The notes: generated from the sequence alone by a model not told the origin. DNA of 64,000 nucleotides from Bacteroidetes bacterium 37-13 (GCA_001897535.1 MKTC01000010.1:116440-180439), one strand, 5' to 3'; shown: positions 9,439 to 19,350, counted from the first letter of the stretch. Numbers and translations: made by a program.

Positions 9439-9465
9439 TGTAACTTTTTTTTTCGGGTTGCGTAA
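9439..9465 (+). promoter_or_regulatory. ECF-sigma-type promoter driving the small peptide gene
   Basis: TGTAAC (9439-9444), exactly 16 nt, CGTAA (9461-9465); matches the AAC/CGT ECF consensus. Confidence 0.6.
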
Positions 9466-9495
9466 GTATATCTCGAACCAAATTTAACCACACCT

Positions 9496-9708
9496 ATGGA
9501 AGTTTTACTATCCCTAATTATTAGCCTTGCTATTGGCATTGGCAAAGAAAACACTACTCTCGACCTTCAAAAAGGCGACCCAACCCAACTTGAAATTGTT
9601 TCAAAGTTGGCATCAAATGAAAAGTATAAATCGCTTGAAGGCGAGAAACTACAACTTGCTCTGCAAGAAGATGCACAATTTTATATTGACAACTACAAAG
9701 CAGAATAG
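9496..9708 (+). CDS. Small 70-aa protein with a hydrophobic N-terminus (putative exported peptide)
   Basis: MEVLLSLIISLAIGIG followed by a polar tail. Has its own promoter upstream and a terminator downstream. Confidence 0.65.
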   Translation: MEVLLSLIISLAIGIGKENTTLDLQKGDPTQLEIVSKLASNEKYKSLEGEKLQLALQEDAQFYIDNYKAE

Positions 9709-9731
9709 CACGAAAAAATATGAGTGAGTGG

Positions 9732-9758
9732 GAGCTGGTCTTAGTGCCGGCTCTTTTT
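9732..9758 (+). terminator. Intrinsic terminator of the small peptide gene
   Basis: GAGCTGG-TCTTAGTG-CCGGCTC then TTTTT. Confidence 0.75.
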
Positions 9759-9762
9759 GTTT

Positions 9763-10761
9763 TTATTCGTTTGTTGGATAGAAATTTTTATACCAATCTA
9801 CAAACCGCTGCAAACCGCTTTCCAAACTTGTTTCGGGTGTAAAGTTTATCACTTTTTGAATAGCACTAATATCAGCATAAGTTTTAGGCACATCGCCATC
9901 TTGCATCGGTAAATAATTGATCACCGCTTGCTTTCCAATCAATTTTTCCAATACTTGAATAAAATACTTTACACTGCATGGCTCGTGATTTCCAACATTA
10001 TATATTTTGTATGGCGCATTATTTATGGTTTCAGGAAGTACATACAAAATTTGATAAATTGCATTCACCACATCGCCAACGTAAGTAAAATCTCTTTCTA
10101 AATTTCCTTCAGCATAAACATCAATCGGCTGATTATTTAAAATAGCTTTTGTGAATTTGAAATATGCCATATCCGGTCTTCCCCATTCACCATAAACGCT
10201 AAAAAATCGCAATGCAGTAGAAGGGATTTTAAATAAATGACTGTAAGTATATGCCATTAATTCATTAGCTCTTTTTGTTGCAGCATAAAGACTAATCGGG
10301 CAATCAACGGTATCGGACTCTGCAAATGGAACTTTAGCATTTGCACCATATACCGAACTTGACGAAGCAAACACAAAATGCTTTACCGCGTAATGCCTGC
10401 AACATTCCAATATATTTACAAATCCGGAAAGATTACTATCGGCATAAGTTAATGGATTTTGAAGCGAATAGCGCACTCCTGCTTGTGCCGCTAAATGAAC
10501 TACCACTTCGGGTTTAAAAGTTTCAAACAACAATTTCAACTTCTCAAAGTCATTCAACTCAACCTTTGTGAATTTAAAATTATCGAATGACTTTAGTTGC
10601 TCTAATCGTGCTTCTTTCAAATGCACATCATAGTAATCGTTCAGATTATCTATTCCGAAAACATTGATATTCTTTTCAAGAAGAAATTTACTGCAATGAG
10701 AACCAATAAATCCTGCCGCTCCAGTAACTAATACATTCTTAACTTTTGATAATTGGTTCAT
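9763..10761 (-). CDS. NAD-dependent epimerase (UDP-glucuronate 4-epimerase-like)
   Basis: VTGAAGFIG, HLAAQAGVRYS, ASSSSVYG, YAATK, GRPDMAYF, MQDGDV. ATG 10761 preferred. Confidence 0.92.
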   Translation of the reverse strand: MNQLSKVKNVLVTGAAGFIGSHCSKFLLEKNINVFGIDNLNDYYDVHLKEARLEQLKSFDNFKFTKVELNDFEKLKLLFETFKPEVVVHLAAQAGVRYSLQNPLTYADSNLSGFVNILECCRHYAVKHFVFASSSSVYGANAKVPFAESDTVDCPISLYAATKRANELMAYTYSHLFKIPSTALRFFSVYGEWGRPDMAYFKFTKAILNNQPIDVYAEGNLERDFTYVGDVVNAIYQILYVLPETINNAPYKIYNVGNHEPCSVKYFIQVLEKLIGKQAVINYLPMQDGDVPKTYADISAIQKVINFTPETSLESGLQRFVDWYKNFYPTNE

Positions 10762-10829
10762 GGTGTGCAATAATAATTTATTCTGCCTCAGGTTGAAATT
10801 TAATTGCTGTTTCAAAAAAAGACAAACAT

Positions 10830-11519
10830 CTAATTATTCATTAAAAACCGTACCAAATCAGATGTTCCGGCACAAGCTTTATTTGCCATTGCTTCTACAT
10901 TTGGCAATGAAAACTCATTTGCATTTGGGTCAATCAAATATTTTGAAGCATTTTCTGGCGCATAGTGAATTAAACCCGCAGCCGGGTAAACTTGCAGAGA
11001 AGTTCCAATAATAATAAGAATATCTGCAATGCTTATTTCAGTAATTGCATCCTCCATCTTAGGAACGGCTTCTCCAAACCAAACAATATGCGGCCTAAGT
11101 TGTGAGCCAAGTTTACATTTATCGCCAATACATAAATCTGTTTTGCAGTCATATACCAATTCCTCATCTATGCTACTTCTCGATTTTAGTATTTCGCCAT
11201 GTAAATGAATTATATTTGAAGAACCGGCTCGCTCGTGTAAATCATCAATATTTTGTGTAACAATTACCACATTAAACCTTTTCTCCAATTCCACCAAAGC
11301 CAAATGTGCCGCATTGGGTTTGGCTTTTATAATTTCTTTTCTTCTTTTATTGTAAAATTCCAAAACCAAGTATGGGCTTCGATTCCAAGCATGAGGAGAA
11401 GCCACTTCTTCTATTTTATGGTTTTCCCACAAACCATTGCTATCGCGAAAAGTTTTAATACCACTTTCTTCACTCACACCAGCTCCGGTTAGTACAACAA
11501 TTCTAGGTTTTTCTCGCAT
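10830..11519 (-). CDS. cobB: NAD-dependent protein deacylase (class III sirtuin)
   Basis: GAGVSEESGIKTFRD, YNKR (YxxR), TQNIDDLHERAG, HLHG, LRPHIVWFGE, GTSLQVYPAA. Confidence 0.94.
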   Translation of the reverse strand: MREKPRIVVLTGAGVSEESGIKTFRDSNGLWENHKIEEVASPHAWNRSPYLVLEFYNKRRKEIIKAKPNAAHLALVELEKRFNVVIVTQNIDDLHERAGSSNIIHLHGEILKSRSSIDEELVYDCKTDLCIGDKCKLGSQLRPHIVWFGEAVPKMEDAITEISIADILIIIGTSLQVYPAAGLIHYAPENASKYLIDPNANEFSLPNVEAMANKACAGTSDLVRFLMNN

Positions 11520-11853
11520 GAATTAAAAATAAATATTATTTAAACACTTATTCAAAAGTAACTGAAATTCCAATAAAAAATAGTTGTTTAAGCTACGTTC
11601 TTGAAATGCTTGTTAAATATTTTCAAATTTGAAGTTAAGTCCAAATCTCTTAACTTTTTAGTCCACACAAAGATAGTAACTACAAACCTATCCCGATATA
11701 TTCGAGAAAAAAAGTGGTTGAGGTCAAAACTAAAATAGCCTAACTTAAAACAACTTCATTCTAAAAATAAATTTTTCGTCCAATACTCAATTTTTTGTAA
11801 TGTTTTGCGTTAAGTAAGCGCATTAGCAAAATGCTGTTATTTTCGCGCTCCAA

Positions 11854-12681
11854 ATGAAAAAAGCCTTCGCGCTGCTTTTGTTGTTTTTAGGTGTAAGTAC
11901 ACTGCGTGCTCAATTCCACGAATTTGGCGCGTTTGCAGGCTTTGCGCACTATTTTGGCGACTTAAATCCTAAGTTTAGTTTCAAAATGCCGCGTCCGGCT
12001 GCAGGTGTTTTTTATCGCTACAACATAAAAAAACGCGGAGCTTATCGCGCTGCTTTCAATTATGGCATGGTAGAATTTAGCGATAATGCAACTAAAATTC
12101 CCAACAGTATTCAGCGCAATCTTTCGTTTCGCTCCAACATTATTGAAATTACCAACTTGATTGAATTCAATTTTTTGGAGTACGATAAAACTAAAAAGAA
12201 AAAGTGGTTTACACCATACTTAGCCACCGGCTTCACGCTTTTCTTTTTTAACCCCGAAACCAAGTATAAAGGCAAATGGGTTTATCTTCAACCATTGGGA
12301 ACCGAAGGACAAAACGACCCAAATTATTCAGGTGTGAAGCCATATAAACTTTATAGCTTTTCAATTCCTGCAGTTTTCGGCTTCAAGTTTTCATTGCAAA
12401 ATTGGAACTTGGGAATTGAAGGCGGCTGGCGACAAACTTTCACCGATTATTTAGATGATGTGAGTGGCGTTTATCCGGGCTACGCTTCGCTTCCCGGAGG
12501 CTCAAAAGGTTTTGCGGCTCAGCTTTCCGATCGTTCGCGCGAGCGCGGCATTGAGCCAATTGGCAAACCCGGCACGCAGCGTGGAGAAAGTACAAAAACT
12601 GACGCATACTTATTTGTGGGAATTACCGTTAGTTACACCATTATGCACATTCAATGTCCAAAACCTTTCAGCACCAGATAA
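11854..12681 (+). CDS. DUF6089/PorG-like outer-membrane beta-barrel protein
   Basis: Signal peptide, HYFGDLN, RNLSFRS, LQPLGTEGQ, TFTDYLDDVS, QRG..KTDAY. Sits in the conserved position upstream of uppS-bamA. Confidence 0.8.
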   Translation: MKKAFALLLLFLGVSTLRAQFHEFGAFAGFAHYFGDLNPKFSFKMPRPAAGVFYRYNIKKRGAYRAAFNYGMVEFSDNATKIPNSIQRNLSFRSNIIEITNLIEFNFLEYDKTKKKKWFTPYLATGFTLFFFNPETKYKGKWVYLQPLGTEGQNDPNYSGVKPYKLYSFSIPAVFGFKFSLQNWNLGIEGGWRQTFTDYLDDVSGVYPGYASLPGGSKGFAAQLSDRSRERGIEPIGKPGTQRGESTKTDAYLFVGITVSYTIMHIQCPKPFSTR

Positions 12682-12789
12682 ACTTTGTAGATTTTATGAT
12701 GAATAAAGTTAGAGAAATGTTAATAGTTATTTTGGTAATTCCTCCTTTCATTGCATCTAAATTCTAACTTTGCGGGCTTTCATTTACCA

Positions 12790-13545
12790 ATGAGTACATT
12801 AAAAGAACAAATTGATATTGAAAAACTTCCTCAACACATAGCTGTGATAATGGACGGCAATGGGCGTTGGGCAAAGCAAAAAGGTAAACTTCGCGTTTTT
12901 GGGCACACCAATGGCGTGAAAGCAGTGCGTGAAGTTTCTGAAGCCTGTGCAGAATTGGGTGTGAAACATTTAACGCTTTATGCTTTTAGCACCGAAAATT
13001 GGAATCGCCCGAAAGAAGAAGTTGGTGCTTTGATGGAACTTTTATTGAAAACCGTTCGGTTGGAAATAAAAACCTTAATAAAAAACAATATCCGCCTTCG
13101 CGCTATTGGCGATTTAGATTCGCTGCCCAAAGCAACTTTAAACGAGTTGAACGAAGCAATGGAAAAAACTGCCGGAAACACGAGAATGGATTTAATTTTA
13201 GCATTGAGCTACAGCGGCAAAAGCGAACTTACCAAAGCCATTCAAAACATTTCTAAAGAAGTAGCAGAAGGCAAATTAGACATAAACAATATCACCGAAG
13301 ACTTGGTGAGCAAATATCTTTATACTACGCATATTCCAGACCCTGAATTGCTTATTCGCACCAGTGGCGAAAAGCGCATCAGCAATTTTTTACTTTGGCA
13401 GTTGGCTTATTCAGAACTTTATTTCACCGATTTGTTTTGGCCAGATTTCAACAAAGAAGAATTGTATAAAGCAATTTTAGACTATCAGCAACGCCAGCGC
13501 AGATTTGGCAAAACAGGTGAACAAATTCAATCACAAACTGCTTAA
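12790..13545 (+). CDS. uppS: Isoprenyl transferase (undecaprenyl diphosphate synthase)
   Basis: HIAVIMDGNGRWA, YAFSTENWNRP, LIRTSGEKRISNFLLWQ, RRFG. ATG 12790. Confidence 0.97.
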   Translation: MSTLKEQIDIEKLPQHIAVIMDGNGRWAKQKGKLRVFGHTNGVKAVREVSEACAELGVKHLTLYAFSTENWNRPKEEVGALMELLLKTVRLEIKTLIKNNIRLRAIGDLDSLPKATLNELNEAMEKTAGNTRMDLILALSYSGKSELTKAIQNISKEVAEGKLDINNITEDLVSKYLYTTHIPDPELLIRTSGEKRISNFLLWQLAYSELYFTDLFWPDFNKEELYKAILDYQQRQRRFGKTGEQIQSQTA

Positions 13546-13550
13546 AGAAG

Positions 13551-16232
13551 TTGAAATTCAGAAATTCCATAATTAACATATTTAATTGTAACACAGCGGT
13601 TTGTAAACCTTTGGGTTATACCTTTTTTGCAATACTTTTTATGCTTTCGCAGAATGCGGTTGCACAATCGCAAATGGTAGATTTTGCCAAAAGCGAAGAA
13701 GTAGAAATTGAAGAAATAAAAGTTGAAGGCACTAAGTTTTTAGATGAAAGAATTTTAGTTACACTTTCGGCTTTGCGCGTTGGCGATAAAATAAAAGTGC
13801 CGGGCGAAGGCATTTCTAAAGCCATAAAAAACCTTTGGAAACAACGACTGTTTACATTTGTAGCAGTTTACATCACAAAACAAGAAAAAGGGAAAGTTTG
13901 GCTTTTAATTAAAGTAGAAGAACGCCCCCGAATTTCGCGCTACACCATTAAAGGCGTAAAATCTGGCGATTTAGAAGAGTTGAGAAAGAAAATTGACCTA
14001 AGAGCCGGAAGTATTTTAACCGAAAGTGTAAAAGCACAAGCTGCCAATGCGCTAAAAATGTATTATGTTGATAAAGGCTACTTAAATACAAGTGTTAGTG
14101 TAAATGAAAAGAAAGATTCGCTTATTCCCAATAGTGTAAAAGTAGAATTGCGTGTAGATAAAGGAGAGAGAGTAAAAATAAACTACATTACATTTGATGG
14201 AGTACAAAAAGTGAATGCAAACCGCTTGCGCAGAGCTATGAAAGAAACCAAAGAGAAAGTAAAATTCGATTTGGACGAAATTCTAAACTTCAAGAAAAAC
14301 ATTAAAGACAGTATTTGGAGAAAACACCCGTACAAATTACTTGAAATTTCACCAATGCGTATTTATGAGTACGTAGATAGATTTGCAAACCTTAACTTTT
14401 TTAAAAGCTCAAAATTTAAGCGTAAGGAATATGAAGACGATAAACGCAAAATAATTGAGTACTATAACTCACAAGGGTTTCGCGATGCTGCTATTGTACA
14501 CGATTCTGTTTACCAAACCGATTTGCGCAATTTGAATATTGATATTTCGGTTGATGAAGGCAGAAGATATTATTTCAGAAATATTTTCTTAAGTGGCAAC
14601 ACAAAATATTCCGACTCGCTAATTTATCGTATTGTAAACATTAGCAAAGGTGAAATTTACAACCAAAAGCTATTAGATGAAAAACTCTTTATGAGCCAAA
14701 ACGGTGGCGATTTAAGTTCACTTTATATGGACGATGGCTATTTGTTTTTCAGCGTTACACCAATGGAAGTAAAAATTGAAGGCGATTCAATTGATGTGGA
14801 ATTACGAATAAACGAAGGTCCGCAAGCTACCATTAAAGATGTACGAATTTTAGGAAACACTAAAACAAACGAAAGAGTTATTAGACGTGAGCTTTACACT
14901 TTGCCGGGCAACAAATTCAGCCGTAGCGACATGTTGCGCTCACAAAGACAAATCGTAAACTTAGGTTATTTTGACCCGCAGCAATTAGACATGGTTCCAA
15001 TTCCAAACCCTGAAAAAGGAACTGTAGATATTGAATATCGCGTTACCGAAAAACCTTCAGACCAATTAGAACTTTCTGCCGGTTGGGGCGGTAGCAGAAG
15101 CCAAGGCGGTGGTGGTTTAGTTGGAACTCTCGGCTTAACTTTCACCAACTTTTCACTTAGAAATATCATTAACAAAAAAGCTTGGAATCCTTTGCCATCG
15201 GGCGATGGACAGCGCCTGAGTTTGCGTTTCCAAAGTACCGGAGCACAAGCTCAATTCTATACAGTTTCGTTTACAGAACCTTGGCTTGGCGGAAAAAAAC
15301 CACAATCGCTTACGCTTAGTTTCAACAGAACGCGCCTAAACAATTTAGATGCGAACTACAAAATTGCAGGAAAATATATTGCTACTGCTGCTACCGTAGC
15401 TTTTGGTACACGATTAAAAAAGCCGGATGACTTTTTTACTGCTGAGTTTGCAGTTTCCTTCCAGCGCTACGAACTTTCTAATTATCCAAACTCTTTCTTT
15501 ATTTTCCAAGAAGGAAAAGCGAACAACTTAAACTTCTCCTTTAACCTTTCAAGAAACTCTATTGACGCTCCACTTTACCCAACACGAGGTGTGTTATTCG
15601 ACTTTACAGTAAGTGCAACTTTGCCATACTCACTCATGTTTGCCGGCAGAAAAAATCTTGACTATACCGATCCGGAACTTTCAAATTCAAAAAGATACAA
15701 CTGGATTGAATACCACAAATGGAAATTTAAAGTTGATTGGTATGTGCCAATTTGGAAAAACTTGGTGCTGAAAACAAGTGCTAAGTTCGGTTTCTTAGGT
15801 TTGTACAATAGCAATATTGGCTACTCTCCTTTTGAAAGATTTGAGTTGGGCGGTGATGGAATTTCTAATGCTCAAATTCTTGGTAGAGACATTGTGAGTT
15901 TGCGCGGTTATCCGGTACTTTCACCAAGCGGAGGCGCGCCACTTTACAACAAATTCTCTATGGAATTGCGCTATCCGGTATCGCTTAATCCATCTGCAAC
16001 AATTTACGCCTTAGCATTCTTTGATGGAGGTAATTATTGGATGAATTTTAAAGATTATCGTCCTTACGATTTGAAAAAGAGTGCCGGCTTAGGTGTGCGC
16101 GTATTCTTGCCAATGTTTGGTTTGCTTGGTTTCGACTACGGTATTGGTTGGGATAGAGCGCCAAAAGGCGGAAACAATATTTTTAGCAAATACGGTGAGT
16201 TTAGAATTGTACTTGGCTTTGAACCAGAATAG
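13551..16232 (+). CDS. bamA: Outer membrane protein assembly factor BamA
   Basis: POTRA repeats (GNTKTNERVIRRE), barrel loop SLRGYP, AGLGVRVFLPMFGLLGFDYG, terminal aromatic motif. TTG start. Confidence 0.95.
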   Translation: MKFRNSIINIFNCNTAVCKPLGYTFFAILFMLSQNAVAQSQMVDFAKSEEVEIEEIKVEGTKFLDERILVTLSALRVGDKIKVPGEGISKAIKNLWKQRLFTFVAVYITKQEKGKVWLLIKVEERPRISRYTIKGVKSGDLEELRKKIDLRAGSILTESVKAQAANALKMYYVDKGYLNTSVSVNEKKDSLIPNSVKVELRVDKGERVKINYITFDGVQKVNANRLRRAMKETKEKVKFDLDEILNFKKNIKDSIWRKHPYKLLEISPMRIYEYVDRFANLNFFKSSKFKRKEYEDDKRKIIEYYNSQGFRDAAIVHDSVYQTDLRNLNIDISVDEGRRYYFRNIFLSGNTKYSDSLIYRIVNISKGEIYNQKLLDEKLFMSQNGGDLSSLYMDDGYLFFSVTPMEVKIEGDSIDVELRINEGPQATIKDVRILGNTKTNERVIRRELYTLPGNKFSRSDMLRSQRQIVNLGYFDPQQLDMVPIPNPEKGTVDIEYRVTEKPSDQLELSAGWGGSRSQGGGGLVGTLGLTFTNFSLRNIINKKAWNPLPSGDGQRLSLRFQSTGAQAQFYTVSFTEPWLGGKKPQSLTLSFNRTRLNNLDANYKIAGKYIATAATVAFGTRLKKPDDFFTAEFAVSFQRYELSNYPNSFFIFQEGKANNLNFSFNLSRNSIDAPLYPTRGVLFDFTVSATLPYSLMFAGRKNLDYTDPELSNSKRYNWIEYHKWKFKVDWYVPIWKNLVLKTSAKFGFLGLYNSNIGYSPFERFELGGDGISNAQILGRDIVSLRGYPVLSPSGGAPLYNKFSMELRYPVSLNPSATIYALAFFDGGNYWMNFKDYRPYDLKKSAGLGVRVFLPMFGLLGFDYGIGWDRAPKGGNNIFSKYGEFRIVLGFEPE

Positions 16233-16284
16233 TGTTTCATTTGCCAATATCAATAGATTTTAAAACTTCTTTAAACTAAACTTT

Positions 16285-16779
16285 ATGCACTATCCAATCA
16301 ATTGGCTGATAGTTTTTTCTACTGCTTTAGTTCCGCTTTTAGTTGGCTCTGTTTGGTTTCACCCAAAAGTATTTGGCAACGCCTTGCAAACATCGAATGT
16401 GCTTTATTCAAAAAAGAATGCTGTTCTATTGCTATTTGTGTCGCTTATACTGTCTTTGTTTATTAGCATATCGCTGCTATTTTCTGTTGTACATCAACTC
16501 CACATTTTCTCCGTTGTAATGGGCAATCCGGATATGCAAAATCCAAGTTCGGAATTGAGTCTAATGCTTCAATCCTTTATTGAGAAATATGGGACCAATT
16601 TCAGAACGTTTAAACATGGCGCTTTACACGGCACAATAGTCGGATTTTCTTTAGCCTTACCAATTACTGCCATCAATGCAATGCTTGAGAAAAAGAGTTT
16701 TAAGCACATTGCTTTAGTAGCAGCTTTTTGGATTATCTGTTTTTGCTTAATGGGCGGAATAATTTGCCAATTTGCCTAA
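16285..16779 (+). CDS. DUF1761 family membrane protein
   Basis: INWLIV...VGSVWFHPKVFG, FRTFKHGALHG, multiple TM helices. Confidence 0.8.
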   Translation: MHYPINWLIVFSTALVPLLVGSVWFHPKVFGNALQTSNVLYSKKNAVLLLFVSLILSLFISISLLFSVVHQLHIFSVVMGNPDMQNPSSELSLMLQSFIEKYGTNFRTFKHGALHGTIVGFSLALPITAINAMLEKKSFKHIALVAAFWIICFCLMGGIICQFA

Positions 16780-17429
16780 TGAGTTCCCGCAATTTAAAAT
16801 GGAAATTAGCTCAGTTTTTTGAACTAAAATGGTGGCAATTTTACTTTAAAGGAAAAGAAAAAGTAGCTTATTTAAACTGGAAAAAAAACTACTGGAAAAG
16901 TGTTTTTAAACAAACAGAAATTTATGAAAGTATTCAGCCATCTGATACTATTTTAGAATTAGGCTGCGGACCGGCCGGTTGCTTTATTTATTTCAATCAA
17001 AATAAAATTGTGGCGGTAGATCCACTCCTTCAATCTTACCAAAACTCGCTTTCATTTTTTAAACCCAATGAATATCCTAACACGCAGTTTATCACTTCTT
17101 CAATTGAAAAAGCTTCAATTCAAAAGCAATTTGATGTGATTCTTTGCTTCAACGCCATAAACCATGTAAAAGATATTGAACTTAGCTTAAATAAACTATG
17201 CAAATGGCTCAAACCAGAAGGTAAAGTTTTCCTATCAGTTGATGCTCATAATCATTCTTTTTTTAAAACTATTTTTCATGCCATTCCTGGCGATATTTTA
17301 CATCCTCACCAATATACTTTACAAGAATATATTGAACTGTGCAGCAATGCCGGACTTAAACACAGCGAAACTATCTTGCTAAAAAAAGAAAGAATTTTTT
17401 CTCACTACTTGTTACTGCTAAAGCATTAA
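16779..17429 (+). CDS. Class I SAM-dependent methyltransferase
   Basis: LELGCGPAG, VDPLL, FDVILCFNAINHV, LKPEG. Start is coupled to the upstream stop (TAATG). Confidence 0.85.
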   Translation: MSSRNLKWKLAQFFELKWWQFYFKGKEKVAYLNWKKNYWKSVFKQTEIYESIQPSDTILELGCGPAGCFIYFNQNKIVAVDPLLQSYQNSLSFFKPNEYPNTQFITSSIEKASIQKQFDVILCFNAINHVKDIELSLNKLCKWLKPEGKVFLSVDAHNHSFFKTIFHAIPGDILHPHQYTLQEYIELCSNAGLKHSETILLKKERIFSHYLLLLKH

Positions 17430-17486
17430 ACCCAGTTTTGCAGTAGATTCTTTGCTACGACAAAATACTACTTTATATCTGCTTCA
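17430..17486 (+). mobile_element. Isolated left end of an IS982-like element
   Basis: ACCCAG-TTTTGCAGTAGATTC...TATATCTGCTTCA matches 55348-55405 at 50/58 positions (manual alignment; last 25 nt identical). Starts immediately after the TAA stop. Confidence 0.7.
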
Positions 17487-17499
17487 TCTAGGTTAAAAC

Positions 17500-17530
17500 A
17501 AAAAAGGCAGCTCATTGTAGAACTGCCTTT
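17500..17530 (-). terminator. Intrinsic terminator after rplJ
   Basis: AAAGGCAG...CTGCCTTT hairpin with a T tract on the minus strand. Confidence 0.8.
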
Positions 17531-17559
17531 ATTATCTTTAAAAAGAGATAACTCTAAAA

Positions 17560-18087
17560 TTATTCTCCTCTTTCTTCTAATGCTTTTACCAAGCCTGCAA
17601 TTTTTTGTCCGGAAGAACCTTGTAAAGCACTGATAACTCTTTGAGTAGGAGATTGAAGTAATGAAACGATTTCGCCCAACAACTCGTTTTTGCTCTTTAG
17701 TGATGCTAAAGCTTCTAATTGATTGTCGCCAACAAAAATACTGCTATCAATATAAGCGCCTTTTAAAACCGGCTTTTGCTTATCTGCACCGCGAAATTCT
17801 TTTAATAATTTTGCAGGAACAGCTCCTTCTACTGAAAATAAAATTCCTGTTGGTCCATTAAGAATTGGGAACAACTCTTCGTACTGACCTCCAACTTGTT
17901 CCAATGCCTTTTTAATAAGTGTGTTTTTAGCAACTCTAAATTCAACACCTTTGCTAAAGCAAAGTCTGCGGAATTTGTTTATTACTTCAACACTTAAAGA
18001 AGAAGAATCAGTTAAGTAAAAATATTGTGCTGTGCTGAACTTATCTTTTAAGTCCTGTATTTCTTGCGTTTTTTCTGCTTTTGTCAT
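17560..18087 (-). CDS. rplJ: 50S ribosomal protein L10
   Basis: MTKAEK, FRVAKNTLIKKA, GPTG, LPS-like LASLKSKNELLGEIVSLLQSP. Confidence 0.96.
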   Translation of the reverse strand: MTKAEKTQEIQDLKDKFSTAQYFYLTDSSSLSVEVINKFRRLCFSKGVEFRVAKNTLIKKALEQVGGQYEELFPILNGPTGILFSVEGAVPAKLLKEFRGADKQKPVLKGAYIDSSIFVGDNQLEALASLKSKNELLGEIVSLLQSPTQRVISALQGSSGQKIAGLVKALEERGE

Positions 18088-18116
18088 GATTTGCTCAATT
18101 TTAAGATTGAAAAATT

Positions 18117-18812
18117 TTAGATACCTGCCACGGTTTTGTAATCAACACTAATTCCCGGGCTCATGGTGCTTGCCATACTGATGCTTTTAAAATAAATACC
18201 TTTTGCAGTTGCCGGTTTCATTTTAGAAAGTGTAACCAACAATGCAGAAGCGTTTTCATTTATTTGTGAAGGAGAAAAACTCACTCTACCGATTGAGGTA
18301 TGTACAATACCGAATTTATCAACCTTAAAAGCAATCTTTCCTTTTTTTACTTCTTCAACAGCTTTACCAACTTCAGGTGTTACCGTTCCTGATTTTGGGT
18401 TTGGCATTAAGTTTCTTGGTCCTAAAATTTTACCAATCTTGGCAATTTTAGCCATCACGTTTGGTGTAGCAATTACTACATCAAACTCCATCCAACCGCC
18501 TTCAATTTTTTGAACAAACTCTTCTAGACCTACAAAGTCTGCGCCTGCAGCTTTAGCTTCTTGCTCTTTATCCGCTGTTGTTAAAACCAATACTCTTTTA
18601 GTTTTACCGGTTCCGTGTGGAAGTGCGGTAGTACCGCGAATAGCTTGGTCAGCTTTTTTAGGATCTACGCCCAAAGAAATATGCAAATCAACCGATGCGT
18701 CAAATTTAGCTGTGTTCACTTCTTTTACTAAGGAAGAAGCTGCCTCCAACGAGTAAAGTTTATCTTTATCAACTTTGCCCGCTACTGCTTTTCTCTTTTT
18801 TGTTACTTTCAT
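18117..18812 (-). CDS. rplA: 50S ribosomal protein L1
   Basis: [50 protein letters not shown]. Confidence 0.98.
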   Translation of the reverse strand: MKVTKKRKAVAGKVDKDKLYSLEAASSLVKEVNTAKFDASVDLHISLGVDPKKADQAIRGTTALPHGTGKTKRVLVLTTADKEQEAKAAGADFVGLEEFVQKIEGGWMEFDVVIATPNVMAKIAKIGKILGPRNLMPNPKSGTVTPEVGKAVEEVKKGKIAFKVDKFGIVHTSIGRVSFSPSQINENASALLVTLSKMKPATAKGIYFKSISMASTMSPGISVDYKTVAGI

Positions 18813-18828
18813 GTTACTGAAATTTTGT

Positions 18829-18861
18829 GTGGTGCTAACGAGGCGAAACCACCTCTACCAC
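18829..18861 (-). promoter_or_regulatory. L1-binding mRNA operator between rplK and rplA
   Basis: GTGG-TAG-AGGTG(GTTT)CGCCT-CGTTAGCA-CCAC: two stems joined by an asymmetric loop, as in the known L1 target. Confidence 0.65.
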
Positions 18862-18893
18862 GTTTTAAAAATTTTGAATAATTTAGAATGAAT

Positions 18894-19337
18894 TTAGTTT
18901 TCCCAAGGTGCTTTTCCTTCAAGAGAGAAACCAGCACTTTTTGCAGAACCTGCAACCATGCTCATTGCGCTTTCAATAGTAAAACAGTTTAGGTCAGGCA
19001 TTTTTTCTTCTGCCACTTTGCGGATAACATCCCAAGAAACTGCACCGATTTTTTTACGGTTTGGCTCAGCAGAACCAGTTTGCTTTTTGGTAAGTTCCAT
19101 TAACAAGTTGTAAGCCGGTGGAGTTTTAATTACAAAATCAAAACTTTTGTCGGTATAAACTGTAATTACAACAGGTAAAACTTTAGCCATTTTGTCTTGC
19201 GTGCGAGCATTAAACTGCTTGCAAAACTCCATAATGTTTACACCTTTAGAACCGAGTGCCGGACCGATTGGTGGAGCAGGATTGGCTTGACCGCCCTTTA
19301 CCTGCAACTTAATGAACGTTTGAATTTCTTTTGCCAT
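18894..19337 (-). CDS. rplK: 50S ribosomal protein L11
   Basis: [32 protein letters not shown]. Confidence 0.98.
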   Translation of the reverse strand: MAKEIQTFIKLQVKGGQANPAPPIGPALGSKGVNIMEFCKQFNARTQDKMAKVLPVVITVYTDKSFDFVIKTPPAYNLLMELTKKQTGSAEPNRKKIGAVSWDVIRKVAEEKMPDLNCFTIESAMSMVAGSAKSAGFSLEGKAPWEN

Positions 19338-19350
19338 ATCATTGCTTTTT

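Noticed and set aside
11520-11853. 334-bp cobB/DUF6089 spacer as an sRNA or small ORF locus
   Set aside because: It holds only divergent promoter-like motifs and one weak AT-rich hairpin (AAGTTAAG...CTTAACTT); I found no convincing ORF or terminator.
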